From assembly GCA_976226885.1 (NCBI GenBank), contig OZ320320.1, positions 22,692,001 through 22,756,000 of the forward strand: a DNA stretch of 64,000 nt, in the 5' to 3' direction. The notes below the pieces were generated by a model, which saw nothing but the letters and a program-made list of their open reading frames with translations, had not been told where the DNA came from and searched no databases. Positions 63,110 through 64,000 of the stretch are shown here, one piece after another. This stretch comes from Iphione sp. A-MEVVRFRX5. Taxonomy: Eukaryota. The translations under genes and the position numbers were made by a program. Every line of letters starts with the position of its first letter. The stretch's first letter is position 1.

Positions 63110-64000
63110 GTAAGTACCTTAGGTGGTATCCCCATGTATGTGGGATAAAAATCCACCTCAGTGGGTTGGGCTCTGAGCTGGCTGCACCACCACCACAGGT
63201 GGCAGGGTTTATCCCCATGTACCTGGGATATACACACTGTTTTATGAAATGTAGTGCACACTAACATATGTTAATTCTTGAAAATCAATGTCAGAGAATA
63301 AAATAGAGTCTTTTTGTTGAAGGTAAGGCAGATTGGTGGACATTTGGTGTGTTTTAGTTGAAAATGAAACATCATTTATACAAATGATATGCAAATTGGG
63401 TGACACATTTTAAAGATTAAACATACATTAAATGCCTATTACCAGCCAACACGAGGTGGTGGGGTCAGGGGGGGATTGCTCCTCCATCAATCAGGTGGCC
63501 TGCCACTGGTGACTGGTCTGGACCACCCGAGCACATGGGTACACTCCGATGAAAATACAACTAGAGCAATCCTCCCGCAGTCCATGGCACTGGAAGCATG
63601 TCCATACAATCCCAACACATGGGAGTAGCACCTTAGTCTCCATGCATGTACTTTAAAAACAGGTTTTTAGTTGTATCTGGGTTTCTTTTTGATGTAATAA
63701 TGATAATTAACCTTTATTTGTTTTAAAAGAAATACATGTAAATGGATCAACATATTAAGAGGCTTCTAACACATATCAAACACACAGTAGTAGTCCTTAC
63801 TAGAGGATAGAAATAGTATTGATATCTAAGACCATAGGTTTATGCATCTGCCACAATTAACTCCAGCTTATTAAAGAATTCACAATTCAGCACTTCTTTT
63901 TTTGTATAAACACACTAACGGTAATACTATATTACAGTGGAGTGACACCCTCTCATTATATATGTTTGAAGACTTATTCAGTTCCTTTTTATAATTAGTC

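Noticed and set aside
63110-64000. search for the first transmembrane exon
   Set aside because: No AG/GT-bounded hydrophobic frame found; the 7TM presumably lies beyond the window.

Overview
AT-rich, intron-rich eukaryotic DNA from an invertebrate, probably a lophotrochozoan (inferred from repeat content). It is not prokaryotic and has no CRISPR or rRNA features. Two + strand genes can be assembled by hand with GT-AG boundaries and consistent reading frames. (1) A 9-exon, ~696-aa ZU5-ZU5-(UPA-like)-Pro/Glu linker-Death domain protein (4877..17936, DTHD1/PIDD/ankyrin-tail-like architecture). (2) A large adhesion-GPCR-type gene (22788..>63109, running off the window before any 7TM exons): signal peptide, NIDO, 12 TSP1 repeats, HormR/HRM, then GAIN with a non-canonical GPS (no H-L-T/S triad) and a tetrabasic furin-like site. 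One intron of gene 2 holds an apparently intact 2,728-bp piggyBac (TTAA TSD, perfect 16-bp TIRs, DDD transposase split by a spliceosomal intron). It carries a splice acceptor in frame with the upstream host exon, as in a CSB-PGBD3-like exon trap. The most striking recurrent pattern is that at six exon boundaries across both genes, the splice site plus adjoining exon edge has been amplified into an intronic tandem array. The rest is SINEs, MITEs, mini/microsatellites and degraded repeats. All calls are by eye, without database searches.
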